A stretch of DNA of 64,000 nt from Blepharisma stoltei ATCC 30299 (Eukaryota > Protista > Ciliophora): the NCBI GenBank assembly GCA_965603825.1, contig CBFDEM010000053.1:1364001-1428000 (forward strand). Direction: 5' to 3'. The notes under the pieces were generated by a model. It ran no database searches and was not told the origin of the DNA. It saw only the letters and a list, made by a program, of their open reading frames with translations. Position numbers and translations under genes: made by a program. Positions 36,060 to 48,843 of the stretch are shown piece after piece. The number at the start of each line of letters is the position of its first letter. The stretch's first letter is position 1.

Positions 36060-37268
36060 ATGATTATTTTTATTTTACTTCAGGTCATTCTTGGCTCCCT
36101 TGTCCCTGATTCATTTGATTCTGATTTCAAAGACAATTTGATCTCCTACGTCAACAAAAACTCTAAAAAAGTCATACTTCAAGATCTACCCGATGGATCA
36201 TTAAGATTTGTTGCTGTAAGTCCTATCAAAAGAGGTGACCCAGTGCTGGTGATGAATGGGGAATACATAATTTCGACCTTTGAATCATTTTCCTTGATGC
36301 CTTACGTTTCTAGCAAGAAACCTGAAGTTATCCTTATGGCCCGCATTCTCTATGAGAAATTCATGGCTCCTAAAACTTCATTTACCAGCCTATATGTCGG
36401 CCTATATCCTACAGATTTTCATTTATATCAGCTATGAAATAAAAACGATACTGACGAATTCAAAACCTATAGAAATTTCAATACAAGGTCAGAAGCCATG
36501 GTCGATATGAATACTACTTATGACGTCTATATAGAAAGCATAAAGGATGCCAAAATCGAGATCCCAGAAGACATGAAAAAATGGGAGAGCTGGGTATGGG
36601 CGTACTGCATAATGACCAAATACTCACTTAAAATCCCTAAAAATATTTGGAAACAGCTGAAAAACTACGAAGTTGGCCCTACAGATCATGTGGTGGATGG
36701 ATTAGTTATTATACCTTTGATTGAGAGGCCACCTCATTCTCCATTGCCTTTAATATACAGAAATGATACTGAGTTCAACCCTTTAGTGACTGATAAAGGG
36801 AGTGTTTACTTATTAGCAGATAGAAATCAGTCAGTAGGATCAGAATTAGTTTACTCTCACAGATTAATACCAAATATAGGGACTTTAAATTTCTATGGGA
36901 CTGTAATAGAAAAAAACTTAGATGATAGCTTTCCTTTAACGGTCTATAAAGCTGACGAGTGCTATGGGACAAGGATTGGGCTTTCTCAATGTGAATACAA
37001 CTTAGTGCCTATTGATTTTGATAAAGGGATGTTTAGATTTTTTGTAGACCAAGCTAAAGATAGAATTGAAGGATATAGAAGATATAGAGAGGTTTTGAGT
37101 GCTGTCATTTTCAAAAATGAGCTAAGGACCTTGAGAAGAGAACTGGAAAAAGAGAAAGAAGAGAGAAATCAGTTGAAGCTGAAATATTATATAGCTGAGC
37201 ATGTTACGTACAGAGAGCACTTAAAAGTATTAGAACGCAGCTTTATGAAAGAACTATTGGATTATTAG
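36060..37268 (+). CDS. SET-domain (SETD3/Rubisco-LSMT-like) protein, degenerate active site, hydrophobic N-terminus (402 aa)
   Basis: Two ORFs joined by TGA 36435. FVAVSPIKRGDPVL (nSET), IIPLIERPPHSP (cf. LVPxxDxxNH), ADRNQSVGSELVYSH...N...NFYG (cf. GEELxxSYG..N..LL..YG). Confidence 0.6.
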
Positions 37269-40200
37269 TTAGTTCTAATTATTTTAATTGATTTCCTCTT
37301 AATAGTTCGCTTTATTGTCGTTGTCACTGTTTCTCTTGCTTTAGGGCTGTTTTCTTCTTTGTCTAAAGCTCTTAGAGTCTGAAGCCCAGCTAAGCTTTCA
37401 CTTCCCCATGCCCAGTTAAAAGTCTCTAAGCCTGTATCAACTTCAAATTGTTCTAGCTGAGGAATATGAAAAACGCCATAGCCCATTTTCCCTACTCCAT
37501 ATCTTAAAACAACCCTACAAATCGCATGAAAACTAATATCGTCAGAACTGCTTATTTCTCTAGCTTTCTTATATAAAAAGTCAATTTTATCTTGAGGCAA
37601 ACTAGGGTCAAGCTGAAGAATTATTTCTTTGAATTGAATTTTATTGAATGCGGATCCTTTTTGCTGGATAACTGTACTTAGATATGCTGCATCTTTTGTT
37701 TGTTTAGCATGGAACACTTCAATTAAAACAGTGAGAAATTGTGAGCCCGTAATTAAAAAACTACTGTCATTTATCATTGCTTGGTAAACAGAAAAATCAA
37801 ATTTTTCAATAAATTCTGTTTCTGTTATAAACCCATTTTTATTCTTATCGATCGATATAAACATTTTTTGCATTTCTTCATCAAATGCCCATAACTGGGT
37901 TTTCGCCTTAATTCCTTGAATAAAATGCTGCATATCAACTTTCCCATCCTCATTTATTTCATTAAATAAAGCTCTAGGCTCTATATTCATATTTTTGAAT
38001 TGATGAAGAAACCTAAATAGAGCGATTTCTTCAGAAAATTCTGGCTTGAGCAATTTTAGGGTCAAAATTCCGCTTTTTTTATCATCAGAAAACAGCTTGA
38101 CAATAAAATCAATTAAATCAGGTAAAAATATTTCCCCTCCAGAGTACTCTCTATATTCAAAATTTTCGAGCCTTGGCTTAGCTGCATTAATCAACTCATT
38201 TAAATCATGCTTGATTTTTGTCAAAAATAAGCCTAATTGATAAGGGATTGGGTCTTTATGATATATCTGCAGCATTCTGCATATGAAAGATCCATAGAAA
38301 TGCTTTTCATGGTACAAAAAGTTGAGCGTCTGCATAATATTTGCTATATGTTTCACTGCAACTTGCTTAATTGTGTATTTTTTATTCAAATACTGATAAA
38401 AATAGTCAGGGATTGTGCTTAGTTTTATTTTTTTCTCAAAATCATTTACGTCCTTTTGGTATTTAGCTTCCATAAACTCCTCAAAGAAATCGAATAATAG
38501 AGGAAGGTCTATAGAAATCTCTTTGGCTTCATATTGGTGCAGTTCCAGCTTGGAATTTCGTTTAGGGATCTCGTCAGTAAGAATTTGTTTAGCTGTTTGA
38601 ATATTTTCTTTGAAATCTATAGACTTTTCTGGTGAAAAATAGCTTGCCATACTAAGTCTTGGAGAAAATGAAAATCTTAAAGATTCTCGAGGAGATGGAG
38701 AAAGGAGATCAAAAGAAAGAGCTGGTACTTCGGTGAATTTTTTCCATTTAAGGAATGATAAGAGTATTCTGAGACGGCCAAGGAATATTCCTCTTATAAG
38801 TAGATGCTTTAGTAAAAGCTTCCTTATTTTTTCTTTTGACTTATTTAATTCTGTATTTAACTCTTCTTCAGCGCGCTTTGAATTATTTAATTCTTCAACT
38901 TTCTTGTGCAATAGATCAGTGAGATTATTTACAATTCCTTCTTTTCCGCCATGCTCAAATCCTTCTATTTTAGCTTGGAGTATTTCATAGTCATTATTGT
39001 TTTCTTCTAATTTCTTTATTTTTTCTTCGAGGATGTCTTTGGTTTTCAATGTCTCTTCTTTTTCTTTGAGGTCATATTTTAATTCATAATTATTTTGCTG
39101 CGCTTCAGCAAGTGATTTATTTGAAATTTCTAGTTCAAGTCTTAATGTGTGGATGATTTTAGACAACTTGCTATTTTCTTCTCCAAGTTTCTCAATATGT
39201 TTATTTTTTGCATCAATTTCTTTTGCGTTTTCTTTTAATGAATTAAAGTTTAGTTTTGGAATTTCTGGCTTTTCTTGAGCAGTTTCATACTGCAAGATGA
39301 GTTTTTCATTAAGTTTTTCTAGTTTTTCTATTAATTCTAATAAAGGGTCTTCCAATTTGATATCCTGAATCTCATCCAAGCTGATATTAATAGTTTTTGA
39401 AATATTTTCTGTAAGATTATCAACAGAATTTAGAAGTATCCTCATATCTTTATCTTCATTTGCAGGCTTTTTGCTTGATCTCACCTTTTGCTTGGTTTGC
39501 TTAGGCTTTTTAATAGTATGCATATTTGCAATCACTTCATCTTCTTCTCCTTCTTTTTGTTTTGCTTCAATATTATAAGCCAGAATTAAATTGCACTTTT
39601 CGGATTCTAATAATGAAACTATTTGATCATTGTTATCTTCGTCTTTATATAAATCATTATGAATATTCTCAAAATCTACTGCAAACTTTCCCTCAAAATC
39701 TTCAATCTTGTCTTTCAGCTGCTCAAAAATAGTTTTGCTAACTTTCAAACATTCATTTATTCTCGGATCAATTCTTTCCTGATTTTTAGGCTGAAATTTA
39801 TCAAAATTCTTTTTTAACTGGCTTATTTTTACTCTTATTTCTATCATCGGCTCAGAATCTTTAATATTTTCTACATCTTTTACTAAATCTGGGTATTTCA
39901 TCTTAATTATCCCAAGCATTTCATCAAAAACTTCAATATTTTTAACTGGAATTTCTTGCTTATCTAATATCTCCATTTTTTTCGTTTCCATACCTTCAAG
40001 TGTGTTTTGATGCTTTCTTAAATCATCAATCAGGTTAAAAATTGTTGCAAAATGCTCTCCTTCAGAAGGTTCAGCGTATGTTACGCTTAGAAAAGTCCTT
40101 CTTTTAATCACTTTTTTCTCATCAGAAGGAATTGTGAAAATAGTCGTGATCTTTTTAAGAGTATTTTCTGATTTATCCTCAGAATTAACCAGCAGTGTAA

Positions 40201-42103
40201 TAATGTTTTGCAAGGCTTGGGAAACTTCTTTGAGACATTCATCATTATTTAATATATCCCAGATAAATTGAAGCTGGTTTTTTAAGCAGTCAATAAGTTC
40301 ATCTTCAGGGGTTTGTGAAGGAGATCTTCTTATGCTTCTGCTCACTCTTATATAAGGCTCAACTTTAAGATGAAAATCTTCTTGTGATATAGACTGTGGA
40401 AGTGTTAGTTTTTGATATGCGGTTGTTGTGATAGACTCTACAAGGTCCAATATTCCATTCCAATCATCACCTATTGCTGGCTTAGGCTTTGGACTTAATG
40501 CAGGGCTCCTGCATGGACTTGGAGTCCTTGGGCTTAATAATTCAGGACTATGCACATAGTCAATCTCTTTAATCTCAATAGGATGCACTTCGCTTATATT
40601 AATTTCGGGCTCATAATGTGGTACTGCATTATACATTTTTCCATGGAGATTTGCATGTTTTGATATTAATTCAAGCATCATGCTAAGCTTCAGCATGTCT
40701 GAATCATGAACTTTTTCTAATTCAAGCCTTTGTTTTTTAAGTCCGTTAGTATCTTCAATTAAGTCTCTAATTAATGATATATGAACTTTGTTTAGCATAT
40801 TTTCAGTAGTATCTTCACATTTTTCTAGCGTAGGCGCTACTTTATTGAGTATGTTGCCAGCTAGCTCACTACCTTTAATACCACTAATTAATTCTTTTTT
40901 TAGAGATTCATGCTGTGACAGTAATGAGTATGAATTCTCTAAGCATTCTTCAAGCATTTCTCATTTCTGATGCAACGTTTTTTCTTTTGTAATTTCCCTA
41001 GCTGATTTATCTAATTTTATACGATAATTTGTTAGTGTTTCGTAGGTTCTATATAGCTGCCTATTTGACCCCGAAAATACATCGATCATAAGACGCAAAG
41101 TAGAATCTGAGCCTTTTAAAGCTTCTGAAAAACATTTGATAACCTCTGGCATCGTTGTGCATTCTGGGACATGGTCTATCAGTAAAGTATGAATCGCACA
41201 AAAAGAAGCCAAATTTTGTGACATCTGTTCAGAAAATGATTTAAATAAATCATTCTTTATGAAAATATCTGAATTTGAGGATATTTGTCCTGAAATTAAG
41301 CTGAGTTTTGATAAATCGTTAGAAAAAGATATAATTTTTTCAGATATTTCTTGGTCTTTTAAATTCAGAGAATTAGATAGTGAATTTAAGCATTGTAATA
41401 AGCCCCCGTTTACAGAAATGAGGTCTTGCACACACGTTTCTCCACTATAAGGCTGCTTAAATGACAAAGATAAGTTATAGAAAACGTTATCCAGCTCGCT
41501 TAAGTATGATAATATTTTACCAATGCTTCTGAAAGATTTAGGACCATTGTTATCAATTTGCGGTTTTCCTTTGAACTTTTCGATATTTCTGATTGAATTC
41601 TCGTATTCTCTTAAGTGACTTTGGAGTTTAGATGTAATAGAATTTAATTCGCTTTCTAGTAAAATGCTTTTTTCTTTTTCATTTAAGGCTGCTTTTATTA
41701 ATAGTTCTAAGTTTTGTAGGTAAACTTTGCAAAATTCTTTATCGTTAGCTGGATTTGTGGCTTGAATAGGCTCAATTTCAAATTTTTGTAATGCAAGGTC
41801 ATATAAGTTAGTAGGCAAAATACTTTCTCTTGTAATTTTTGGGTTTTTTTGCGATTTGCCATATGTATTGCTATCAAGTACCTTGGTGATTTCCTCGTAT
41901 TTTGATTGGTTGAGGATTTTAAGTTCTGAAAGAACAAATTTTAAATTTTGATTGAGGATGACGTTTTCATTTTCAAGAGCCTGGGCTGATTTTAATAAAC
42001 TTTTTGACGATCCTGCTGCAAGTGTATCATAAATTGTAGGAGGAAAGCTATAGCCTAATAAGCTTTGGGCTATAAATGAAAGTGCTGATACTTTTTCAGA
42101 CAT
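37265..42103 (-). CDS. Large coiled-coil protein with C-terminal EF-hand(s) (1612 aa)
   Basis: ORFs 40961..42103 and 37265..40957 are in the same frame, separated only by TGA+GAA. EF-hand loop DKNKNGFITETEF. Confidence 0.75.
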
Positions 42104-42952
42104 TTATTGAAATTGAGATCTAAGGCAGGGTTGAATAATATCAAACCATAATGATTAAGGTTTTAAGAATTAAAAAGTAAAATAAATAATTTCAAATTTA
42201 AAAGACCTTTGAGCATAAAGATTATGCTTTATATTTTCTCATCAATTTCTTTAATATTTGCTTGAGAAGCATACGATATGACGTGAAAATATGAGCAATT
42301 AATTAGATGCTAATCTTTAGTCATATTTCAGAGAAATTATATATAGTCCTTTCCCGGCTATATTATAGTTTGCATCAAAATTTTCCCAGCTAAGTCGATT
42401 TATGCTCTTTTGTCATTGATTTATCTAGAAAAATTGTCAAGATAAGTCAAGTCTGCCATATAATAAATATTTTTATAGAAGCAATTCAAACTTTTCAATA
42501 AATATAATATTTAAAATTAGACTTAATTAATTCAAATGCTTCTAAAAGGATATAAATCCTAAAGATAGGACTAGATCTCGATTTGCACTTAAATTTTATA
42601 TTTCTAACTAAAAATAATGGCAAAACTTGAGTATCAATAGCTTTTTTGTAATATATTAAAATTCGCTTCTTATTAGCATATTTATTGTTTAAAACTAGAA
42701 CACATCCCAAAAAATTAAATGTTTTTGGCCCTATTTAAGTAATAAAAAAAGGATTGGATATTTTCGAGAAGCGCAGACCTCTCATATTGATAGCAAATAA
42801 ACGCATTTAGTCTCTTTTAAACTTTAAAAATCACTAAAATGGAAAGAAGTAAATTAAATTATTTTGCTATAGGCGGTGAAATTCCCAAAATAAATTTAAA
42901 TTGTAACAAGTTTAGAATTAATTAAATTGCTTCTTGAATCTGGATTCAGACT

Positions 42953-43207
42953 TTATTTACTCACAAAATTGTCTACTGCTAATAAAATTGCTCTTGGGTT
43001 GCTTCGCTTTATTAAGCTCTCTTTCTTAGGTAGGTCATCGAAATCCCATCGGATATTTGATGACGTGTGAGATAAAGGCAAGTCCCGGGAAAAGTCAAAA
43101 TTGTAATGCATAGAAGCTTGATCAATTGTTTTCTTCAGATCAGACTTCATTATGCCCATCCAGTCCTCAATTACTCTATCTGTATTTGAATCTTCGACAG
43201 TGTTCAT
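42953..43207 (-). CDS. Cyclin-dependent kinase inhibitor, Cip/Kip/KRP (CDI) type (84 aa)
   Basis: HYNFDFSRDLPL-x7-RW matches the CDI core (K/W/Y)NFDFxxxxPLxGx(Y/F)xW. AAAAAT context before ATG; TAA stop. Confidence 0.7.
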   Translation of the reverse strand: MNTVEDSNTDRVIEDWMGIMKSDLKKTIDQASMHYNFDFSRDLPLSHTSSNIRWDFDDLPKKESLIKRSNPRAILLAVDNFVSK

Positions 43208-44699
43208 ATTTTTTACAGCATTTTTGCATCCTACTAAATTATGCCAAACAAAATTAAAATTTTTGATATGATTAAAAAATAGAAATAAATATTAAGTTTT
43301 TAAGTTTATTAAAATAAATTTAGCATTCAATAATTTTTCCATTCTTTACTTATGAATTTTAAAGAAAAAAATTTTGGCCTTAGTTAATAAAGAAATTATT
43401 CGACCATTTTATTAGTAATTTCTTTCTATTCATTTCTGTTGCAAAGCAAATAATCTCCATGAATGGCAAATTTGAAACTTTTAATCTAACAGTTAGGCAT
43501 AACACAGGTATGACGTTAGATCTTCCTGGGCTATAGGAGAATAATAATATGGGTTGCCGCTTTCTCAAGAGCCATCAATAGAGATTTAGTATCTCATCTT
43601 TTCTTAAGAGAACAGAAATTAAAGAAAAAAAATTGGCAAGAAAAATTTTAACATTATAGCATGCTTGAGTGCGATTAAACAAATCGAAATTATATATGTA
43701 GAATCAGATAATCATATCCTTATAAATAAATTTTCTTATAATGGGAAAATTATAATTGCTTATATTAGTGTTGCATAAAGGCATATGAGCATGCAAAAGT
43801 GCTATAATAATTCTGGGAATATAGTTTACGTTCTACGTTTATTATTAAGTCCCAATATAGATAATTTAGGCAGCATTAAGCATAATTTTCTTAAAAATAA
43901 GTAGTTAAGATGGCATGAATTTTAAATGAATTTCATTTAAAATCATTATTTAAATTGAATTTAATTATGCCTAAATTGGTATTGGGACAGAATAAAACGC
44001 TCTTAGTTGTATCTGGATTGCTTAAAAATTAAAGTGAATTAAGCTATACAAAATGCTCTTCAGGTGTTTTGATGTTTGATTTCATTATAACCAAAAAATT
44101 CAATAGCTTTGAAGTCAATTCAATTGCTAAGAGAGATTATTTTTATTAGTAGGTAAGGGCTAGCGTGAAAATAAATTTCTACTATAAAAGTGGTTTAAAT
44201 TCTATTTAGCTAGAATGATAAAAATTCACTCTCCTTTATCCTGTGCAAAATGCCATGGTTCAAAAATTTCCATAGTTTAGAGCATAGAATTCATTGACTT
44301 TTAAATTATATGGCATTTACATATATTAGGAAATCAGCACTCTTTAACTATTTAAGGTATTAGTGAGTTAATCAACTATTGGAAATAAGTTTTAAAATCA
44401 TTTTAATATTTAACCTTTGAGTTTCACAGAATTTCAGACTGAAAAAATTGTAATTACTGAGGTTACTTTTGAGAAGGTCGCTTATATAATCGGTTTAATT
44501 ATTCTGATGAAATATAAAAATTGAGAGAATTTAGTCAGGAATTTGCAATAAATTAATCGAGAAAAGCACTTTTTCTAGCTAAAATATATCCTATGCATTT
44601 AATTATATAAAATACATTCTAATATCTAATTTATTTTAGTATAATAAATTAATATCACTTGCTATTTATTTTACTGAAAATGTAAATAATTATTTTAGA

Positions 44700-45824
44700 A
44701 TGTACTTAGATAAGAATGATATCTATATTCAGTTATCTTTAGTATCTTCAGTATCGCTTACCTTAATCCAAGTCCTATTGCAAAATGATCTAGAAAATTC
44801 AAGTGCATCATACATAGAATGGCTTCAAAGAGGCCGATCTCTCGAAATGGATCTTACATTCCAAATTCTGGGGATAGCTACTGAGATTATCTTTGTCATG
44901 GGGAGCATCATTATTTACCTCTCATATGATCGGAAAATTGGTGCCGTCTCTACCTGTGCTGGCATATTTGGAGGAGCATTTTCTGCCTTATTAAAGCTGA
45001 TTTTTACCCAGCCTCGACCATACTGAAAATATTCTGAAATTCATGCATTAGACTGCACCAAAGATTGAGGAACTCCATCAGGACACTCCTTATCAGCTGG
45101 ATGTGTAATTTTATATATTGGAATGCTATGATTGCAGTCTAAGAGACACACATCTATATTAAAATGGCTTTCTATCATTTTAGCTTCTTTTATCACAGGA
45201 CTAAACAGAAATTTTATGGGCGCTCATTTTTATTTTCAAGTAGTTTTAGGATTTTCTTATGCCATGCTCATAGTATCGATTTTGATCCACCCTAAAATTG
45301 AGAAAATTCTTTTCAAGCTTAACAATAGAAGAATAATAATTATTAATGCGACTGCAATATTCCTGGTATTTGGAGCATTAATGCTTTATTTATTCAGAAA
45401 TCCATATTGGGATGATGAATGGAAAAAAAATTATGAAAATAAATGCGATGGAAATTTAGATTCAAAAATTGCATCACAGATAGATTTAGAAACTGCAAGC
45501 TTATTCAATGCAATTCCTGGATTTGTGTGAGGATTTTATAAGAGCAAGGACTTAACAGTGCCAAAACTGACATGAAAAAATATAGGAACTGTTGTTGGGA
45601 TGGTAGCTATTTTGAGCGGAATTTTGTATGGGATAGAGTCTTTATTAGTATACTTGATAACTGGCCCTGAAATTGTGGCTCCTTTATCTTTCTTGATGTA
45701 TGGATCAGGAGTTTGTGTAGGCTATTTGATGCCGAAGATAATCTCTAAAATAATCAAAGCAGACAACCCAAGTATGGAAAAACTTACAGAAAGTGATGAT
45801 TTAATTGAAGATATTAGTATATAA
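44700..45824 (+). CDS. PAP2-superfamily multi-pass phosphatase, glucose-6-phosphatase-like (374 aa)
   Basis: Three ORFs joined by TGA at 45024, 45066, 45129, 45528, 45573. C1 KLIFTQPRPYW, C2 PSGH (visible only on readthrough), C3 NRNFMGAHFYFQ. Confidence 0.88.
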
Positions 45825-46074
45825 CAAATTAGGATAGAATATAGTATAATTACATGTGAATAAGTGATAATTTTTTATTTGATTTTATAAGAAAAATTGA
45901 ATTTTTAAAGATTAAAATTAAATAAAATGATCTTTGCTTTTAGGAAATTGGAAAATATATTTCTCAAGCAGAGCTTATGGCATAATCAATTATTAATAAA
46001 ATTTTCAGCTTTTTGCGAAATTAATCTAATTATTATTAACTAAATTATTCAAACCTTACCGCTTATAAAATATA

Positions 46075-48843
46075 ATGAACAACGCTGATATGGTTGGAAC
46101 TAAGTTTATTATTTCAGAAAAAGAAAAGGCTCTTAGAGATAAATTTTTTCGTTCTCAAGCCTCGTCAACTCCTACAACAAAACCGATTCAAAAACCTGCT
46201 CCTGAAATAAATCAAAAATATCATGATTTTCTAGATGAAATGCAAACAACTCTTAAACAGCAAGCAACAGGAGCTTTTACAGGCGAATTGCTGCAAAAGC
46301 AAGCTTTAATTATGCAGCAGCAGGTTCAAATCCTCAAGGCAGGCCAATCAGATCACAAAAAAATAATCCAGGCTATAACTCATAAACCAAATCCAGTTTT
46401 ATCTAAAGAAATTTTAGCTGAGCTGATAGAACCTCTAAACAGACAACTTCAAGAAGTAAAAAGGCTTTATCAAGAAGACCAGGTAACAACCAAAAATTTA
46501 TTCAGTCAAGTAAATGAAATTAAAAGTGTCTTAGAAAATGATGAGAAAATTATTGAGCCTAAAGAGTCTGTCATCATTACTAAAAAGTCAATAGAAAATA
46601 TCAAGCAAGAAAAAACAAGACCTGGGACTATACAAAAAGCACAGCCAAAAGGCAAAGAGGAAAAAGTTAAAAATGAGTTAGAAATTATAAACAAAGACAC
46701 AAAAGAAGTCGAAAAAGAAATAGATGGAAGACTTGATAGAATTTTAGAAAAAGTAGAGAAAATAAAAAATATACCGATGAAGCTGGATAGTGAAGTAATG
46801 CCTATTGATGTTAAGCAAATTTTAGGAGAAATGAATTATGATGTGCTGCTGGAAGAGTTAAATATGTATAGAACAGTTAAAAATGATTTAATTCGGGAAT
46901 ATCAGTCATGTGCTTTGCTATACCCAAGGAAAAAACCGGAAAAAGCGAAACCTGAAGAAGCTAAGAAAAGGAAAAATGAGAAAACTATTGCCAGAAAAGT
47001 GCAAGTTCCGAGCTATAAAACAAATAATAGTTCGCTGAAGCCAAAATCACTCCAAAATATTCGTACGAAGCCTAAGGTTATAGAAAGCATGACAAAAAAG
47101 AAAAGCATCCCTAAGTCTAAAAATATTCTTCTTGTAAAAGCCGAAAAGTCAGAATCAGAATCCCCAGAACCTACTGATAGATCTCTTCAAGAAACCTCTG
47201 AGCCTATCATTCCTTCCCCAAAGCCTCTTCCTAAGCCTGAAACTGTTTCCTTTCCAACCCAAACCTCTCCTCACCAATCTCTCGAATTTCTCAAAATACA
47301 GCATGAAAACCCCAATCCTTTCGAAACTCGCCCTGGCACAACAACTGGCAAACTTACTGAAGAAAACCTTTCAAGCTACATTTCTCCTCCTTATCTTCCT
47401 CAATTTCAAACCTCTGCACCTCTACGGGGAAATCTCGAAGAACAAACCATTGATGCCATTACAGCTTATGTGCTTAATCAAACTTTAGGCACCACCCAAC
47501 GCTTAAAATTAACTTTACAAGAAAATCCTTCATCTTTATTGGGTGTGGAAGAAATAAGTGAGCTTGTAAAGCAAGGCTTGCATTTCGATCCAAATACGAT
47601 AAGTAACATAGGGAGAGAAATTATTTTAGAAAAAGTGAGAGAGCTGAGAGAAGAAAAGGAGAGGAAAAATAAAGAAAACATGAGCAGGATTGAAGAAAAT
47701 AGTAAAAATGAAGAGGAGTTAAATGCAAAAAGTGATAATTTGGAAGCAAGCATCAAGAAAGAAGAGTCTAAGAGTGAGTATATAGAAGAAAATAGCAAAA
47801 AGGAAGAAGATTCTAAAGTGAAAAGTGACTATACAAGTGATTTTGAGCCAGATGAAAAGTCAGAACATGAAGAAAGCCCGAAATTCAATGGAATTCAGAT
47901 CCCAGCAGAAGAAATTGATCCTTTCCTCTTTAAGTCACCTAAAATAGAAACTTCGCCAAGATTCCTTACTAAGCAGCCATCAGCTCAATCGTCAGGACGT
48001 CCAAGCACCCAATCCCAGGACGACTTGGTTTCTCTTTTAAATCCTCGTCTACTAGGCATGATGAGTGCAGCATCGATCCAGCACTATATTTCTTCATTAA
48101 TCCAAGCTGGCCATTTATCAAGAAACCAAACTCCCAGCTTCTTATCAAGGACAGAAACTCCATCCACTCAAATTTTCTCAAACATCCCAAGAAACCGTAC
48201 AAGTGCTCCAAATGATATTTCTACAGTCCCTCAAAGCCTTGCAAGGATTTCAGAAACTCCAAAGCTCCCTGATGAAGTCAGCGATTTTTTCAAAACTCAA
48301 GTCGGCCAGCAATTCCAAAAAATAATTGTAGAAAACTCTTCCCTGTCAGCCCATCAAATTATGGAAAAATGGTCATCTCAGCACATTTCTACGCCTCAAA
48401 CCTACCAAAACTTCAATATCTTGAGGAGAATCCCAAATAATATAAATATAGATGCTGAAGAAATAGCACTCAAAAAGGAGGCTGAAATCCCAAGGAGAAA
48501 AATTGATATTTCCTACCTAGAAGACCACAAAACAGATAGCGCTAGGTCTGATCTTTTTACGCTGTCAGAATCAGATGAGTCTTTAAGGTCTTCTTTAAGT
48601 TCAGAAAAATCAGTAGCAATGCAGCCAGAGTTTATAGCAGGTTTTAAAGAATTTTTGGTAAAATCTCAGCTAAAAGAACTATCTTCAAGTTCTTCTCTTT
48701 CTGAAGGAGAAGTAAGAATGAGCTTGGGCGATACTTTATCGTCAGGAGAAATTCCTAGAGGGTCTTGGAGCGATGCAAAAAAATTCAAAGATTCACTGTC
48801 AGGAATTTTTTCACCAAAAGAAAGCAGCCAAGGGCAAGTTTAA
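46075..48843 (+). CDS. Low-complexity/coiled-coil protein of unknown function (922 aa)
   Basis: Long uninterrupted ORF; Q/E/K coiled coils, P/S-rich linkers, C-terminal SEGE/SSGE motifs. Confidence 0.75.
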   Translation: MNNADMVGTKFIISEKEKALRDKFFRSQASSTPTTKPIQKPAPEINQKYHDFLDEMQTTLKQQATGAFTGELLQKQALIMQQQVQILKAGQSDHKKIIQAITHKPNPVLSKEILAELIEPLNRQLQEVKRLYQEDQVTTKNLFSQVNEIKSVLENDEKIIEPKESVIITKKSIENIKQEKTRPGTIQKAQPKGKEEKVKNELEIINKDTKEVEKEIDGRLDRILEKVEKIKNIPMKLDSEVMPIDVKQILGEMNYDVLLEELNMYRTVKNDLIREYQSCALLYPRKKPEKAKPEEAKKRKNEKTIARKVQVPSYKTNNSSLKPKSLQNIRTKPKVIESMTKKKSIPKSKNILLVKAEKSESESPEPTDRSLQETSEPIIPSPKPLPKPETVSFPTQTSPHQSLEFLKIQHENPNPFETRPGTTTGKLTEENLSSYISPPYLPQFQTSAPLRGNLEEQTIDAITAYVLNQTLGTTQRLKLTLQENPSSLLGVEEISELVKQGLHFDPNTISNIGREIILEKVRELREEKERKNKENMSRIEENSKNEEELNAKSDNLEASIKKEESKSEYIEENSKKEEDSKVKSDYTSDFEPDEKSEHEESPKFNGIQIPAEEIDPFLFKSPKIETSPRFLTKQPSAQSSGRPSTQSQDDLVSLLNPRLLGMMSAASIQHYISSLIQAGHLSRNQTPSFLSRTETPSTQIFSNIPRNRTSAPNDISTVPQSLARISETPKLPDEVSDFFKTQVGQQFQKIIVENSSLSAHQIMEKWSSQHISTPQTYQNFNILRRIPNNINIDAEEIALKKEAEIPRRKIDISYLEDHKTDSARSDLFTLSESDESLRSSLSSEKSVAMQPEFIAGFKEFLVKSQLKELSSSSSLSEGEVRMSLGDTLSSGEIPRGSWSDAKKFKDSLSGIFSPKESSQGQV

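Noticed and set aside
40958-40963. Apparent 3-nt spacer between two tandem genes
   Set aside because: Same frame and the stop is TGA, so it is best read as one gene (W-E-M).
46075-48843. Possible TALPID3-like centriolar protein (SEGE motifs)
   Set aside because: Only short low-complexity motifs support it; not enough to name.
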